DNA of 44,670 bases from Candidatus Velthaea sp. (GTDB lineage Bacteria > Vulcanimicrobiota > Vulcanimicrobiia > Vulcanimicrobiales > Vulcanimicrobiaceae), in NCBI GenBank assembly GCA_050012475.1, contig JBEKHC010000035.1, forward strand, positions 1 through 44,670, read 5' to 3'. Below the pieces are notes generated by a model. It saw nothing but the letters and a program-made list of their open reading frames with translations, searched no databases and was not told the DNA's origin. A program made the position numbers and the translations under genes. Positions 1 to 9,664 of this stretch are shown here, piece by piece. Within the stretch, counting starts at the first letter, position 1, and the number at the start of each line of letters is the position of its first letter.

Positions 1-647
1 CCTATTCCGTGCAGAACGGCTTGACGACGCCCCAGCTCGAGCTTGCCGACCACGACTACGCGATCGGCACGCTCGTCGAAGCGGTCTCACACTCGAAGGA
101 CTGGGGCTCGACGGCGATCATCATGATCGAAGACGATCCGCAGGACGGTCAGGACCATGTCGAAGCGCACCGCTCGATCATCCACATCATCTCACCGTGG
201 ACCAAATCGCAAGCCGTCGTCCATACGACCTACTTCACGACGTCGGCACTGCGGACGGTTGAGGATCTGCTCGGCGTAAACCACCTCGGCTTCAACGATG
301 CCAATGCGCAGCCGATCGCGGATGCGTTCACGACGCACCCAACGATGACCGCGTACACCCCGACGATTCCGGGCATCCTGTGCACGCAAGCCGCGCCGAG
401 CCTGGTCCCGGCATGCAAGACCAGCGCTGCGAGAACGGCCTCCGTCAAGCCGCTGCACGATGGCGCCTGGTGGGCCAAAGCAACGGCCGGATTGGATTTC
501 TCCAAGCCCGATCACGTCAACCCGCAGTACTACAACGCGATCTTAGAATACGGTATAACCGGACGCGGCACATTGCCCAAGGCATCGGCCGTCGCGGTTG
601 CATCGAAGAACTACGATCCGAACGACGCGGACGGCGACGGCAAGTAA
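1..647 (+). CDS. Phosphoesterase / alkaline-phosphatase-superfamily protein (YncE-phosphoesterase type), C-terminal part; begins before the window
   Basis: ADHDYAIGTLVEAVSHS..W.STAI..IEDDPQDGQDHVEAHRS and TTSALRTVEDLLG are typical of this family; stop TAA at 645-647. Confidence 0.8.
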   Translation, partial: YSVQNGLTTPQLELADHDYAIGTLVEAVSHSKDWGSTAIIMIEDDPQDGQDHVEAHRSIIHIISPWTKSQAVVHTTYFTTSALRTVEDLLGVNHLGFNDANAQPIADAFTTHPTMTAYTPTIPGILCTQAAPSLVPACKTSAARTASVKPLHDGAWWAKATAGLDFSKPDHVNPQYYNAILEYGITGRGTLPKASAVAVASKNYDPNDADGDGK

Positions 648-674
648 ACGCCGCCCCATCCGCAATATCGTAGC

Positions 675-711
675 AACGGGGGTGGTGACAAAGCACCAAC
701 CCCCGTTTCTT
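675..711 (+). terminator. Probable intrinsic terminator
   Basis: AACGGGGGTGGTG-acaaag-CACCA(a)CCCCCGTT stem followed by TCTT, just after the stop codon. Confidence 0.6.
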
Positions 712-1337
712 ATCGCGCTATTAGCGATGCCGCATGGCCATTGCGCACGAATCGCCTGCACGTAACGTTACTTTTCGTGGATTCAAAAGGCACCGGCTGT
801 GAATGTGCGGCTCTATTTAGGAATTCGAGCGCGCTTGCTCATGCGCTATGGAGCTGGGATGTGTTTCCTTAACTCCGCCGCTGGATATTGGCCAGCAGTT
901 GCCTTGCGGCTTGGCGCGGCGGGTATGCGGATCTTTAGCTCGCAATATTGCCGCGACATCGCTGCGGAATGTGCGCGATCGGCATGCGGAGCCATGGCAC
1001 AGCCGGCCGGAGGCATGGGCTTGCGTGTGCAGGTCCGTATTGGAGAACCGGATGGCCGCTCTCGGCAAACGCAATCGAAAACTTTAGTGCCTTTGATGAA
1101 AGTTAACTCAACGATGAAAGTTCGAGACTTTAGCGACTTTGACTAAAGTTAACCGTTCAGCACGTGCAAATCGCGCGGCAAAGGGAATATCATAGCGTAG
1201 CCGATTCGAGCCGCAGCCGTTTCCGAATCCACCCACCTCTTTCCGACGAAACGATCCGCAGCATCGAATTCGAATACGACGACTGGAGCCATGGGCGGCT
1301 TCATTTTCGCATGCCTTCGTTCCAAGGATGGTTGGTT

Positions 1338-2492
1338 ATGAAGAACGTTTCTCGGGCTATTCTTATCTTGCTGCCGCTTTTGAGCGCATGTGCGGGTGGT
1401 ACGAACTCGACGCTGCCGCCGCTGCAGTCGGCAGCGGCGGGGCAGAGCGCATCCGTACTCGCGTCCTCGCTCGCGCCGGTCACGCGCGAGCCGGTCGAGG
1501 AGCTCCGCCTGCCGCAAGCCGTGGCGAGCACGGGCGATCTGCTGTACGTCGGGAATACCGGCAGCAACACGATCACGGTGTATCGGAATGACGTCGCCGG
1601 CAATGTTGCGCCGATGTACGTCATCGGTGGACCGCGAACGGGCATCGATCACCCGGGGCAGCTCGCGCAAGACGCTCAGGGGAATTTGTACGTGGCAAAC
1701 GGTGCCTATTCCGCGGCAGGTCAGTCGAGTTCCGCGCCGGCGATCCTCGTCTTTGCGCATGGTGCGAACGGCGACGTCGCGCCGATCCGCACCCTCGCCG
1801 GTTCGTTGACGGGCATTCACAACATCGCAGCGATGACGGTGGATCGGGCCACCGGCAAGATCTTCGTCGACGACTACGTGTATGAATCCGATGGGTATCT
1901 GGTCGATGTCCGAATGTTGCGCTTCCCGCCTGGCGCTACCGGAAACACAGCCCCGTACGCGCGCAGCGCGGCTGGCTTGTTTCCGGCGCTCGAATTGGCA
2001 TCGGACTCCACCGGCCAGCGTCTGATCGAGGCGCATTCGACGAATGCGGCAAACAACTACGGTTTCGGCGTCGACACGATTGTCAAACAGTTTCCCAACG
2101 GGGGCGCAGCGGTCGTTCCGCCGTATGGAGTCATCGACGCCTTCCAGACCACCGGCGTGGCGGACGATCCGACCACGAAAACCTACCTCGTCAGCGCCGG
2201 AAGCATCTACCGCTTTGCGGAAGGGACGACCGGGGTCGGGCCTACCGAAGGCAACGTGCCGTCGTTCACGCCGCTGGCCGAATCCACCATTACGAGCGAT
2301 ACGTGCGGCTCGCAGTTGGCGATCGGGAATTCACGCGACATTTTCGTAACGCACGGGACCCAGACGGGCTGCCCCGCGGACGCGATCTACGTCTACGCGC
2401 CGGATGCGGCGGGCAATGCACATCCGCTGCGGATTCTTGCTGGTGCGGCGACGGGGTTGAGTCACCCGTACGGCATCTTTGTGGGCACGTAA
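1338..2492 (+). CDS. Secreted lipoprotein with NHL-like beta-propeller repeats
   Basis: ATG 1338 after AAGGA; signal MKNVSRAILILLPLLSA-C (lipobox); repeats DLLYVGNTGSNTITVY, DAQGNLYVAN and GNVAP/GDVAPIRTLAG/GNAHPLRILAG. Confidence 0.75.
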   Translation: MKNVSRAILILLPLLSACAGGTNSTLPPLQSAAAGQSASVLASSLAPVTREPVEELRLPQAVASTGDLLYVGNTGSNTITVYRNDVAGNVAPMYVIGGPRTGIDHPGQLAQDAQGNLYVANGAYSAAGQSSSAPAILVFAHGANGDVAPIRTLAGSLTGIHNIAAMTVDRATGKIFVDDYVYESDGYLVDVRMLRFPPGATGNTAPYARSAAGLFPALELASDSTGQRLIEAHSTNAANNYGFGVDTIVKQFPNGGAAVVPPYGVIDAFQTTGVADDPTTKTYLVSAGSIYRFAEGTTGVGPTEGNVPSFTPLAESTITSDTCGSQLAIGNSRDIFVTHGTQTGCPADAIYVYAPDAAGNAHPLRILAGAATGLSHPYGIFVGT

Positions 2493-2497
2493 GCCCG

Positions 2498-2530
2498 GAT
2501 TGCCCCAACGCCATCGGCGTTGGGGCAATC
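2498..2530. terminator. Hairpin between convergent genes, probable bidirectional terminator
   Basis: Perfect 15-bp stem GATTGCCCCAACGCC-atc-GGCGTTGGGGCAATC. Confidence 0.6.
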
Positions 2531-2554
2531 GGTCACGCGGCCGCGATCGGCGCT

Positions 2555-5335
2555 TCAGTCGTGCGTAAACAACGCGTAGTTGAAGAAGATCGTGCGATTG
2601 GGTAAGCCGAACCGCTCGGTCGCGGCATTGCCGACGAGTGGTGCGTAGTTGGCGGGTGTCGCGTACGCATTGAGGGCCAGGGGAACGCCCAGCCCGCGCA
2701 GGCCTTGAATGTTGGCCCACTGGTTGAACAAATTCGAGACGGTAACCGAAACCAGCCCTTTCCCGAGCGGGACGCTTGCACGCAGGTCGCTGTAGTTGTA
2801 TGCCGGCAGCGACTTGGTATTTCCGGCCGAAAACGTGTGAACGGTATAGCGCAGGTCGACGGTGCGCCCGAAGACCTGGTCGAGCGCGCCGACGAAGGTG
2901 TGCAGCGGCAGATGCGCGAGCTGTCCCCCCGGGATCAGCGTCACGTTCGACTGCAGAAGCTGGGTCGGCGCGGAAATTAGAGCCGTGGAGTCGAGCGTCC
3001 AGTCGTAGTCGATGAACGTGTTGCGCGTCAGCCGCTGCCGCCCGCCGAACATCGCTCCCCGCGAGCGCTCCTGACCCACGTTGAAGGTACCGGTGACGGC
3101 CAAGGTCGCTGCCGCATTGGGACAGCTCTTCGCGATGGCCGCCGTTGCCTGCGCGAGGTACGCGGGATCGATGAAGCCAGTTCCGGATTCGCTCAGCGGG
3201 ATCGTGGTGGAGAACAGCTTGTCGTAGATGTTGACGTTATAGAGCGTGAGCTGGAGCTGCGAGTCGTCGCGAAAACGGTGACTGTACGCGAGTTCCGTAT
3301 CCACGCCGCGTTCGGGCTTGAGCACCGACGACGGCGCGCTGCCGATCGAATTGGAAGCGCAGTTGATCCCGGCACCGCCGCCCGCGCCGCCGGGCGGCGA
3401 TGGAACGAACGGCTGATCGAGCTCGTCACCCGATGGCTGAGTCGTAGTCGCACCAAGCGAAAAACGCGCGACGTCGCGCTTCGAGGCGGCAAAAACCAAC
3501 GACGCGCGCGGATCGACGTTGGAACTGTTGGTCGCCGTCGAGCGCTTCCAGCTGCCGTCGAAATACGCGGTGAGCGGTCCGCTGTTGGGGTGGTAAATGT
3601 CGTGGAGCACGAAGCCCTCGTCGGTGACGATCGGCGTGCCGCCCGAGGCACTCGAAGGCGTTGCAAAGCTCAGGTCATACGCCGTGTTGAGGTAGCTGTA
3701 ACCGAGCCCGATATCGTTGTCGCGAGCGCGAAACATGTCGCTGAGCGTTGCGCCCGTTTCGGCCACGTTGTCGCGTGCATAGAACGACTGGCTCGAATCG
3801 CCCGGTTCGCTGACGTATGGCAGCGCGTACTGCCGGCTGATGGTATTGAGATACCGATTGGTGAAAACGTCGGCACGAATGAGCTCGTTCGCGGGCGTCG
3901 AGCTGAGCCCGAGGTGATAGTCGCCGAAGTTGAACGACTGCCAGGCGGTGCCGGCGCCGTCATAGCCGGTGTTGAAGGCGGCATATTGCTGCGGTGTTTG
4001 ACAGGTGATGCCGCCGTCTGGCGGCCCAAGTGTCCCCGGCGCCGAACCTTTGGGCGGCGGACCGAAGCCGTTGGGTTGGCCATTGGCGTTGGTGGCGACG
4101 AACGTGCCGGCCGGGCACGCGGCGAGTTTAGGGAACGAGGCCGGGGAATAGCCGGCCAGGTCGCCTTTGCCCTGCGCGAGCGCCAAGGCATACGGCGTGT
4201 AATCGCCGTCGCCGTTGCCGGTCTTGTCGTTCCAATACGAGCTGACCACCGAGGTGAACGTGAGCTTCGTGGTATCGCTCAATGCGTAACGCAGCTTGGC
4301 CAAGCCGCTGCGGGAAACGGCGAGACTGTCGTCTTTGTAGATGCCCAAATCGCGCACGGCCGCATTGGCGCCGGGCAGGACCGCCGATTGATCGAAGGCC
4401 GCCCCGGGCTGGTACTGGTAATCGTTCTTGAGCGGCCCATCGAGCGATCCGACGCCGTAGGCAAAGGCGTAGCCGAAGCGCCCAAGCGATCCGGTGGCCT
4501 GTAATTGGGTCGATGCTTTGCTGTACGTGCCGTAGCCTTGCGCCAAGGTGACGCGCCCATCGGGCGTCGGTTCGAGCGTTTGAAAATCGATCGTCCCCCC
4601 GATGGCGCTGTAACCCGCGAGATTGCTGGCCGAACCGTAGATCACGTTGATGTTCCGCAGGCCGGCGACGGGCGAGAGCTGGTAATTGTAACCGCCGGGA
4701 ACGCCGTAAGCGATGGGGTGTCCGTCGAGCGTCGCAAGCGTCTCGAGCGTGCCGATGCCGCGGAAATCGAGCTGCAGATCGTCGCCCAGCGCCGCGGTAT
4801 CGCCCGTGATGCCGTTGTTCACGCTCGGAAGTCCGCGTAACGCGTCGCCGGCTCGGTACGTGCCGGTTTCGATGAGGTTTTCGGGGTCCAGCGAGCGATA
4901 ACTCGTCGACGCCTTCTGCAATGCCCCGCCCAGGGTCGTCGCGCTTCGGCCGATGGTCGCGAGCTGGTTCCCGCTAGGCGCTGCTTGCAGCGACAGCGTC
5001 ACGCTGGTAGCCGCACCCGGCGTGACGCTAACATTGTCGGAATCCGAGGGTTGGTACCCGCTGCGCGCGATGCGCAGCCCATAGGTTCCCGGCCGCAAAC
5101 CGACGACGCGGAACGTACCGCGCTCGTCGGTCTGAAACGTCAGCGAACCGCCGCCTGCGCCGTTGACGACGAAAACCGAAGCTCCCGCGAGCGACAGTCC
5201 GGTCTGCGCATCGACGACGCGTCCGTCGATTTCCGTCGGGGCTGCGGCGCCTTGCGCCAGGGCCGGGGAAGCGCTCAAAGCGCACGCAGCGAAGAGCACG
5301 GGCGCATGTTGCGCCGCGCGACGAAAGATCTCCAT
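2555..5335 (-). CDS. TonB-dependent outer-membrane receptor with N-terminal carboxypeptidase-regulatory-like domain
   Basis: 926 aa; signal peptide (..SPALA-Q); IDGRVVDAQTG..GTYGLRIARSGY domain; plug motifs GDALRGLPSV, LDFRGIG..ETLATLDGHPI, AIGGTIDFQT; barrel motifs LKPERG, VSNLFNQ; SD GAGGA. Confidence 0.9.
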   Translation of the reverse strand: MEIFRRAAQHAPVLFAACALSASPALAQGAAAPTEIDGRVVDAQTGLSLAGASVFVVNGAGGGSLTFQTDERGTFRVVGLRPGTYGLRIARSGYQPSDSDNVSVTPGAATSVTLSLQAAPSGNQLATIGRSATTLGGALQKASTSYRSLDPENLIETGTYRAGDALRGLPSVNNGITGDTAALGDDLQLDFRGIGTLETLATLDGHPIAYGVPGGYNYQLSPVAGLRNINVIYGSASNLAGYSAIGGTIDFQTLEPTPDGRVTLAQGYGTYSKASTQLQATGSLGRFGYAFAYGVGSLDGPLKNDYQYQPGAAFDQSAVLPGANAAVRDLGIYKDDSLAVSRSGLAKLRYALSDTTKLTFTSVVSSYWNDKTGNGDGDYTPYALALAQGKGDLAGYSPASFPKLAACPAGTFVATNANGQPNGFGPPPKGSAPGTLGPPDGGITCQTPQQYAAFNTGYDGAGTAWQSFNFGDYHLGLSSTPANELIRADVFTNRYLNTISRQYALPYVSEPGDSSQSFYARDNVAETGATLSDMFRARDNDIGLGYSYLNTAYDLSFATPSSASGGTPIVTDEGFVLHDIYHPNSGPLTAYFDGSWKRSTATNSSNVDPRASLVFAASKRDVARFSLGATTTQPSGDELDQPFVPSPPGGAGGGAGINCASNSIGSAPSSVLKPERGVDTELAYSHRFRDDSQLQLTLYNVNIYDKLFSTTIPLSESGTGFIDPAYLAQATAAIAKSCPNAAATLAVTGTFNVGQERSRGAMFGGRQRLTRNTFIDYDWTLDSTALISAPTQLLQSNVTLIPGGQLAHLPLHTFVGALDQVFGRTVDLRYTVHTFSAGNTKSLPAYNYSDLRASVPLGKGLVSVTVSNLFNQWANIQGLRGLGVPLALNAYATPANYAPLVGNAATERFGLPNRTIFFNYALFTHD

Positions 5336-5371
5336 GCAATCCTCAGATAATTGAAATGCGAAGTGGGGCGG

Positions 5372-6049
5372 CTACGGTGAGGCCAGCGGAGGACCGCGTC
5401 GCGTCACGTTGCGCATCAGCGCGATCAGAGGGTTGGACGGGCGGAAGCGAAGGCGGCGCACCGAACGAGCGCTGCTCGCCGGCCGGCAACGCCGCACGAA
5501 CCACGTGCCGAACTTGCGGACCGTCATGCCGTGGGCGATCGTGGCCCAGCGCGCGACGCGCACGGCCGCCAACGCGACGGCGAGGGCCGACGCAAGCGTG
5601 ACGCCGCTGCCCAATGGGATCGAGCCACCCAGCAAGTCGCCGATATCGTCGCATGGCAGACCGGCGAAAGCCGAATCGACGAACTCCATGCCGACGACCA
5701 ACGCGAAGGCGGCGCCGACGACGAGTGCGACGAAGGTCCGGCGCGCTTTCACTTCACCGATGGGGTTTGCGCGACGGTGGTACGGGCCGGGCCGCGCGGC
5801 GTCGAGAGCGGCGAGCAGAAAGCGCAGCGCGGCGCCGCCGATGAGGACGAGCGCCGTCGACATCATGACGGTCCGCGATTGATGCGCGATGTCGTCATAG
5901 GTATCGTGCGGCAGCATCACGTCGCCGAAAACATCGATGCCGATATGGGCCGCCAAAGCAGCGACGGACGCCGCCAACACCACGAGCACGGCCGTGCAGG
6001 CGCGGCCGCCGGGCGCGGAATGCAACGTCGGACGAGGCAGAAAACGCAT
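5372..6049 (-). CDS. Multi-pass membrane protein with C-terminal RGPP motif; candidate arrest-peptide leader ORF
   Basis: About 4 hydrophobic segments, His/Asp loop (HIGIDVFGDVMLPHDTYDDIAH), Arg-rich linker, ends NVTRRGPPLASP; stop is 36 nt upstream of the receptor ATG. Confidence 0.7.
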   Translation of the reverse strand: MRFLPRPTLHSAPGGRACTAVLVVLAASVAALAAHIGIDVFGDVMLPHDTYDDIAHQSRTVMMSTALVLIGGAALRFLLAALDAARPGPYHRRANPIGEVKARRTFVALVVGAAFALVVGMEFVDSAFAGLPCDDIGDLLGGSIPLGSGVTLASALAVALAAVRVARWATIAHGMTVRKFGTWFVRRCRPASSARSVRRLRFRPSNPLIALMRNVTRRGPPLASP

Positions 6050-6314
6050 CGCGCAATCGGCTTTCGCAGCGCAGCAAAGCGAAACCGTTGACTTAGGACA
6101 AATTTAAGGAAGGGCGCCTGAAGATTGCAGCGGCGAGCCGCGTCGGGGGAGGAAATCTGCACGCCATGAAAAACGCGGCGCTCGTGTCCCGAACCAGAAG
6201 TTCGTCGCATAATCTCGCTCGTCTTTGCACTGGCGTAGGTGGCGCGGGACGTAAACCGAGGAAGGCAACCGGAGAGCGAACTACCCAAACGTATGAGGAA
6301 ACCACGATGACATT

Positions 6315-7121
6315 ATGATGACGCCCTTTGTCGGCGAAATCCGCATGTTCGCGTTCAACCTTTGCCCCGGTCTGGTGGCTTCCATGCGATGGCCGTCTGC
6401 TCCCCATAAGTGAAAATCAAGAGCTTTTTTCACTGCTGGGCGCGACGTTTGGCGGCGACGGCAGGACCAATTTCGCAGTGCCTGACTTGCGCGGCATGAT
6501 CGCACCGTTTAAGCCGCTGACTTTCTGCATCGCAGCGCGGGGCAATTACCCAGTGGCAGATCCCGGAGCTGCTACGGCTGGATACATGGGCGAAATCCGC
6601 ATGTTCGGCTTCAACCTTGCTCCGTGAAGCTGGACCTCGTGCGATGGCCGGCTAGTTCCGATAGGCGAGGATCCATCGCTCTTTCGTGTGATAGGTACTG
6701 CTTTTGGCGGCGACGGCATGACCAATTTTGCACTCGCCGACTTACGCAGCATGGTGCACCGTTTAAGCCGCTGACGTTCGGCGTCGCAATGCACGGCATT
6801 TTCCCACCAAACGAGACGCCAGAGTATCCCGATTCTGCATCAGATCCGTTCATTGGCGAAGTCCGCATATTCGGGTTCAACTATGCTCCGAGCGGCTGGG
6901 CCTTATGCGACGGCCGGCTACTCCCGATCATGCCCGCGGGCATGCCAATAAACAATCATGGCCTGTTTTCGCTGCTGGGCACCACGTTTGGCGGCGACGG
7001 CAAGAACAATTTCGCAGTGCCCGACTTGCGTGGGGCGGTCGGACCATTTAAGCCGTTAACGGTCTCCATCGCAGCTGACTCTTTTGCAGGCGAGCTTCCT
7101 CAAAGCCCTTCGGGCGCTTGA
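6315..7121 (+). pseudogene. Phage tail-collar domain (microcystin-dependent protein-like) gene, three tandem units, disrupted
   Basis: Three copies of GE(I/V)R(M/I)F.FN.AP..W..CDGRL.PI...LF...G..FGGDG..NFA..DLR; frameshifts near 6360 and 6755, in-frame TGA at 6625-6627. Confidence 0.85.
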
Positions 7122-7188
7122 GCTGGGACTATCCAGCCGCACGGCAGCATGGGATCCCTGGCCGCTGCACCGTTTCGTTGCCGTTTCG

Positions 7189-7560
7189 TTAGAGTACGAG
7201 CGTGTCGCGGCGAAGGTCGCGCAAACTGCGCCCTCCGCGTCCGCCTGTTGGACCCATCTCACCACGCATATGCGTGTTGCGTGCGATAATTACTTCGTTA
7301 CGCTCGTACTTCTCCCAACTGATGTATCCTTTGTGGTGACCGTGCAGGAGCGCCGTCCGCCGATCGCGGGGTTTGCGATGACCGTCGCTACGCTCAGCAG
7401 GTCCCGTTCGTTGCAAAACGCTTCCAGCGCGAGGACGGCTCCGACTTCTCCGACACAGACCATCGCCACGAGCCGCGCGAATCCGGCGATCGACCTGGCC
7501 TCCACCGGATCGTCCGAGGTCCTCGTTGATTGTTTTCAATCCCCGAAAAGCCGAGTGATC
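7189..7560 (-). pseudogene. Remnant of a large serine recombinase gene with internal deletion and frameshifts
   Basis: INEDLGRSGGGQVDR / GFARLVAMVCVGEVGAVLALEA (resolvase domain) lies close to HHKGYISWEKYERN..IARN..M (end of recombinase domain), in different frames. Confidence 0.7.
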
Positions 7561-7586
7561 GTGCATGAGCGACCAGATCGTATTGA

Positions 7587-7712
7587 GTGGGTAGCGCTCA
7601 CGGTGTTGGTACAGCCTCTCAGTTCGGTTTGCCAACGAGTGTAGCCGTCGATTTCACCGGAAACGTTTTCGTTGCCGCCTTCAAGAACAAGCTTGTTCGT
7701 GAGATCCAATAA
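7587..7712 (+). pseudogene. C-terminal fragment of an NHL-repeat protein
   Basis: My translation (too short for the ORF track): VGSAHGVGTASQFGLPTSVAVDFTGNVFVAAFKNKLVREIQ*, fitting the NHL pattern F..P..VAVD..GNV.VA...N...R.I. Confidence 0.65.
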
Positions 7713-7867
7713 GACGATCGTGGCGCCTTGCGAAAGTAGCTCATTTAATCCGCGGCCAGGGCATTTTGAAAAGATCCGAATCGAGTGATTCAAATCCGAT
7801 TTGTCGCGCCCAAACGCCAAACATCGAAGTCTTGCGAGTTGATGATCTTAGAAGTCCTGTGCCTGTA

Positions 7868-8980
7868 TTAGTTGATCGGTCTTCGTAGCAGCCTCGCGCG
7901 CCTGTCGATCGCATGGGTGTACGTCGTTCGAGTGATCGCGCAATCAGCGTGACCGAGTCGCTCGCTGCGGACCTTCTCGGGTATTCCAACTGCATCGGCG
8001 AGCAAGTTCATTGAGTGGCGGAGATCGTGCGGCGTCAGCTTTCCTCGAATAGTGGCGGCCGCGACGACGTCGGCGAAGTTTTGCCGACGCGCATTGTTTG
8101 GATTGGTCGGCATGCTCGGATTTGCGCTGCGGAAGAGCCAAACCGAAGACGGTTCATCATCCGCGGCGGCCGCCGGCGCCGCAGCGCACCGAGGGCGAGC
8201 TCGCCGATCGGAGGAAGGCGCAGCGAGTCGACCGTTTTTAAATCGTCGATCACGAGATGGCGGCCAAGGAACAGCGCCTGACGCTGGACGAAAATGCTCC
8301 CGCGCTCGAGATCGACGTCCGACCATTTTGGGCCGAACATCTCACCGATCCGTAGGTCGGCAGTCAGACCGAGCACCCATGCGGCTTCGAGACGGTCGGT
8401 ACGAGCCGCAGCGATGAATCGAACGCTTTCGTCGACCGATAGCGCTCGACCGCGCTCGACCTTGTGCTTTGGTTTCTGCTTCTGAACGAGGGTGAAGGGA
8501 TTCACTCCGGTGTACGCGCCGTCGGCGATCGCGTCGGCCAGCATGGTGTGTAGAACGCGGGAAACGTGGCGGACGGTAATCGCTGATGCGTCGCGGCGGC
8601 TGAGCTCAGCGAACAGCTCCAATACCGTCGCACGATCGACTCGGTCGAGCCTGACTGCCCCGATCAAAGGCTTCGCATGTGCCCACGCCCAGCGGTAAGA
8701 TTCCGCGGTCTTCGGGCGCACTCGTTTCGCGGTCGTGCTGATCCAGGTTGTCACGTAATCGACTACGCGCGTCGGATCGACCGGCGCGAGCTTGCCGCCG
8801 TGTTGCGCTTTTAAATCAGCAAGCTTCCGCTCAGCTTCCGCACGCGTCTTTCCATACACGATGCGACGTCGACGCTTACCGTCGGCACCTTTTTGCAACT
8901 CGGCACGCACGCCCACAAATTGCGGGCCACAACGAAATAAGCCGCACCGGATCCTTTCGGCCGGCGCCGGCGCTGAATCT
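7868..8980 (-). pseudogene. Phage-type tyrosine integrase, frameshifted
   Basis: Three pieces in different frames: RRRRPKGSGAAYF..RNLW; GADGKRRRRIVYGKTRAEA...LRIGEMFGPKWSDVDL; TPHDLRHS...SERLGHAD.AIT..TYTH (HxxR, H, Y motifs). Lies just downstream of tRNA-Ala. Confidence 0.85.
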
Positions 8981-9043
8981 TCTTACGAGTGCCCGCTGTC
9001 GGCAAATAGCTACACGAAAGCGGCATTCCGCCGAAAAAAGCTT

Positions 9044-9116
9044 TGGAGACGAGGAGATTCGAACTCCTGACATCCTGCTTGCAAAGCAGGCGCTCTACCA
9101 ACTGAGCTACGTCCCC
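9044..9116 (-). tRNA. tRNA-Ala(TGC)
   Basis: GGGGACGTAGCTCAGTTGGTAGAGCG CCTGC-TT-TGC-AA-GCAGG ATGTC AGGAGTTCGAATCTCCT CGTCTCC-A; G3:U70 pair. Confidence 0.97.
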
Positions 9117-9664
9117 GCCCTGGGCGCGTTCGGCGCAGCGGAATGAAAACCCACCCGCCGGCCTCCGAGCGAATCGCCGGCCGGCGGCTATTATCGACCC
9201 GCTGGGTCGGAATCGCCCACCGGGTGAGCTTTGCCGGCGAAAACAGGATTGAAGGCTGGCCGGGTGGACGGAAGAAGGAAACGGTTTCTCCGTTCAGCAG
9301 TCAGAAATGACCTCGCTTTTCGGATAGCGGATGGACGCTGGCGAAGTGATAGGGCCGGCGTGGGTAATGCTGGCGTGGGTAATGCCATCGTTGGTAACGA
9401 CGACGAGGAACGGTTACCTCATTCGCGGCCGGCCGTCGAGCGCCGAGTGCGGTTGCGCGTCGCCATAGCACGCGATGCTGTTTGCAATGCTGGCGCGAGT
9501 GGCCGCAACGCTGTCGCATCTTTCAACCATCGCGTTGTCACGCCAAGATCCTTTGCGGGCCTGGCGGCGGCGCCGTCGGTAAGCGGGAGTCTTGATTGGT
9601 GGGAGGATCTGCGGCTTTCCATACAGAGCGGGACCGGAGGGGCAGGCGTCTCCGCAGAAGGCAG

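Larger units (their letters stand above)
6100..9043. mobile_element. Decayed integrative island at the 3' end of tRNA-Ala; left boundary approximate
   Basis: Integrase next to the tRNA 3' end, four consecutive pseudogenes, visibly less GC-rich than the flanks; no att duplication found by eye. Confidence 0.6.

Noticed and set aside
799..1146. ORFs in the 650-1337 gap
   Set aside because: No motifs and atypical composition; treated as non-coding
3278..4504. Long antisense or alternate-frame ORFs (also 15613-16935, 28432-29883, 36134-37672 and similar)
   Set aside because: Shadows of well-supported genes, expected at high GC
6050..6300. Cobalamin or other riboswitch upstream of the TonB receptor unit
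   Set aside because: No B12-box or other recognisable aptamer motif on the minus strand
6625..6627. TGA recoding (Sec or Trp) in the tail-collar gene
   Set aside because: The gene also has two frameshifts, and TGA is a normal stop in ffh, fabD and fabG
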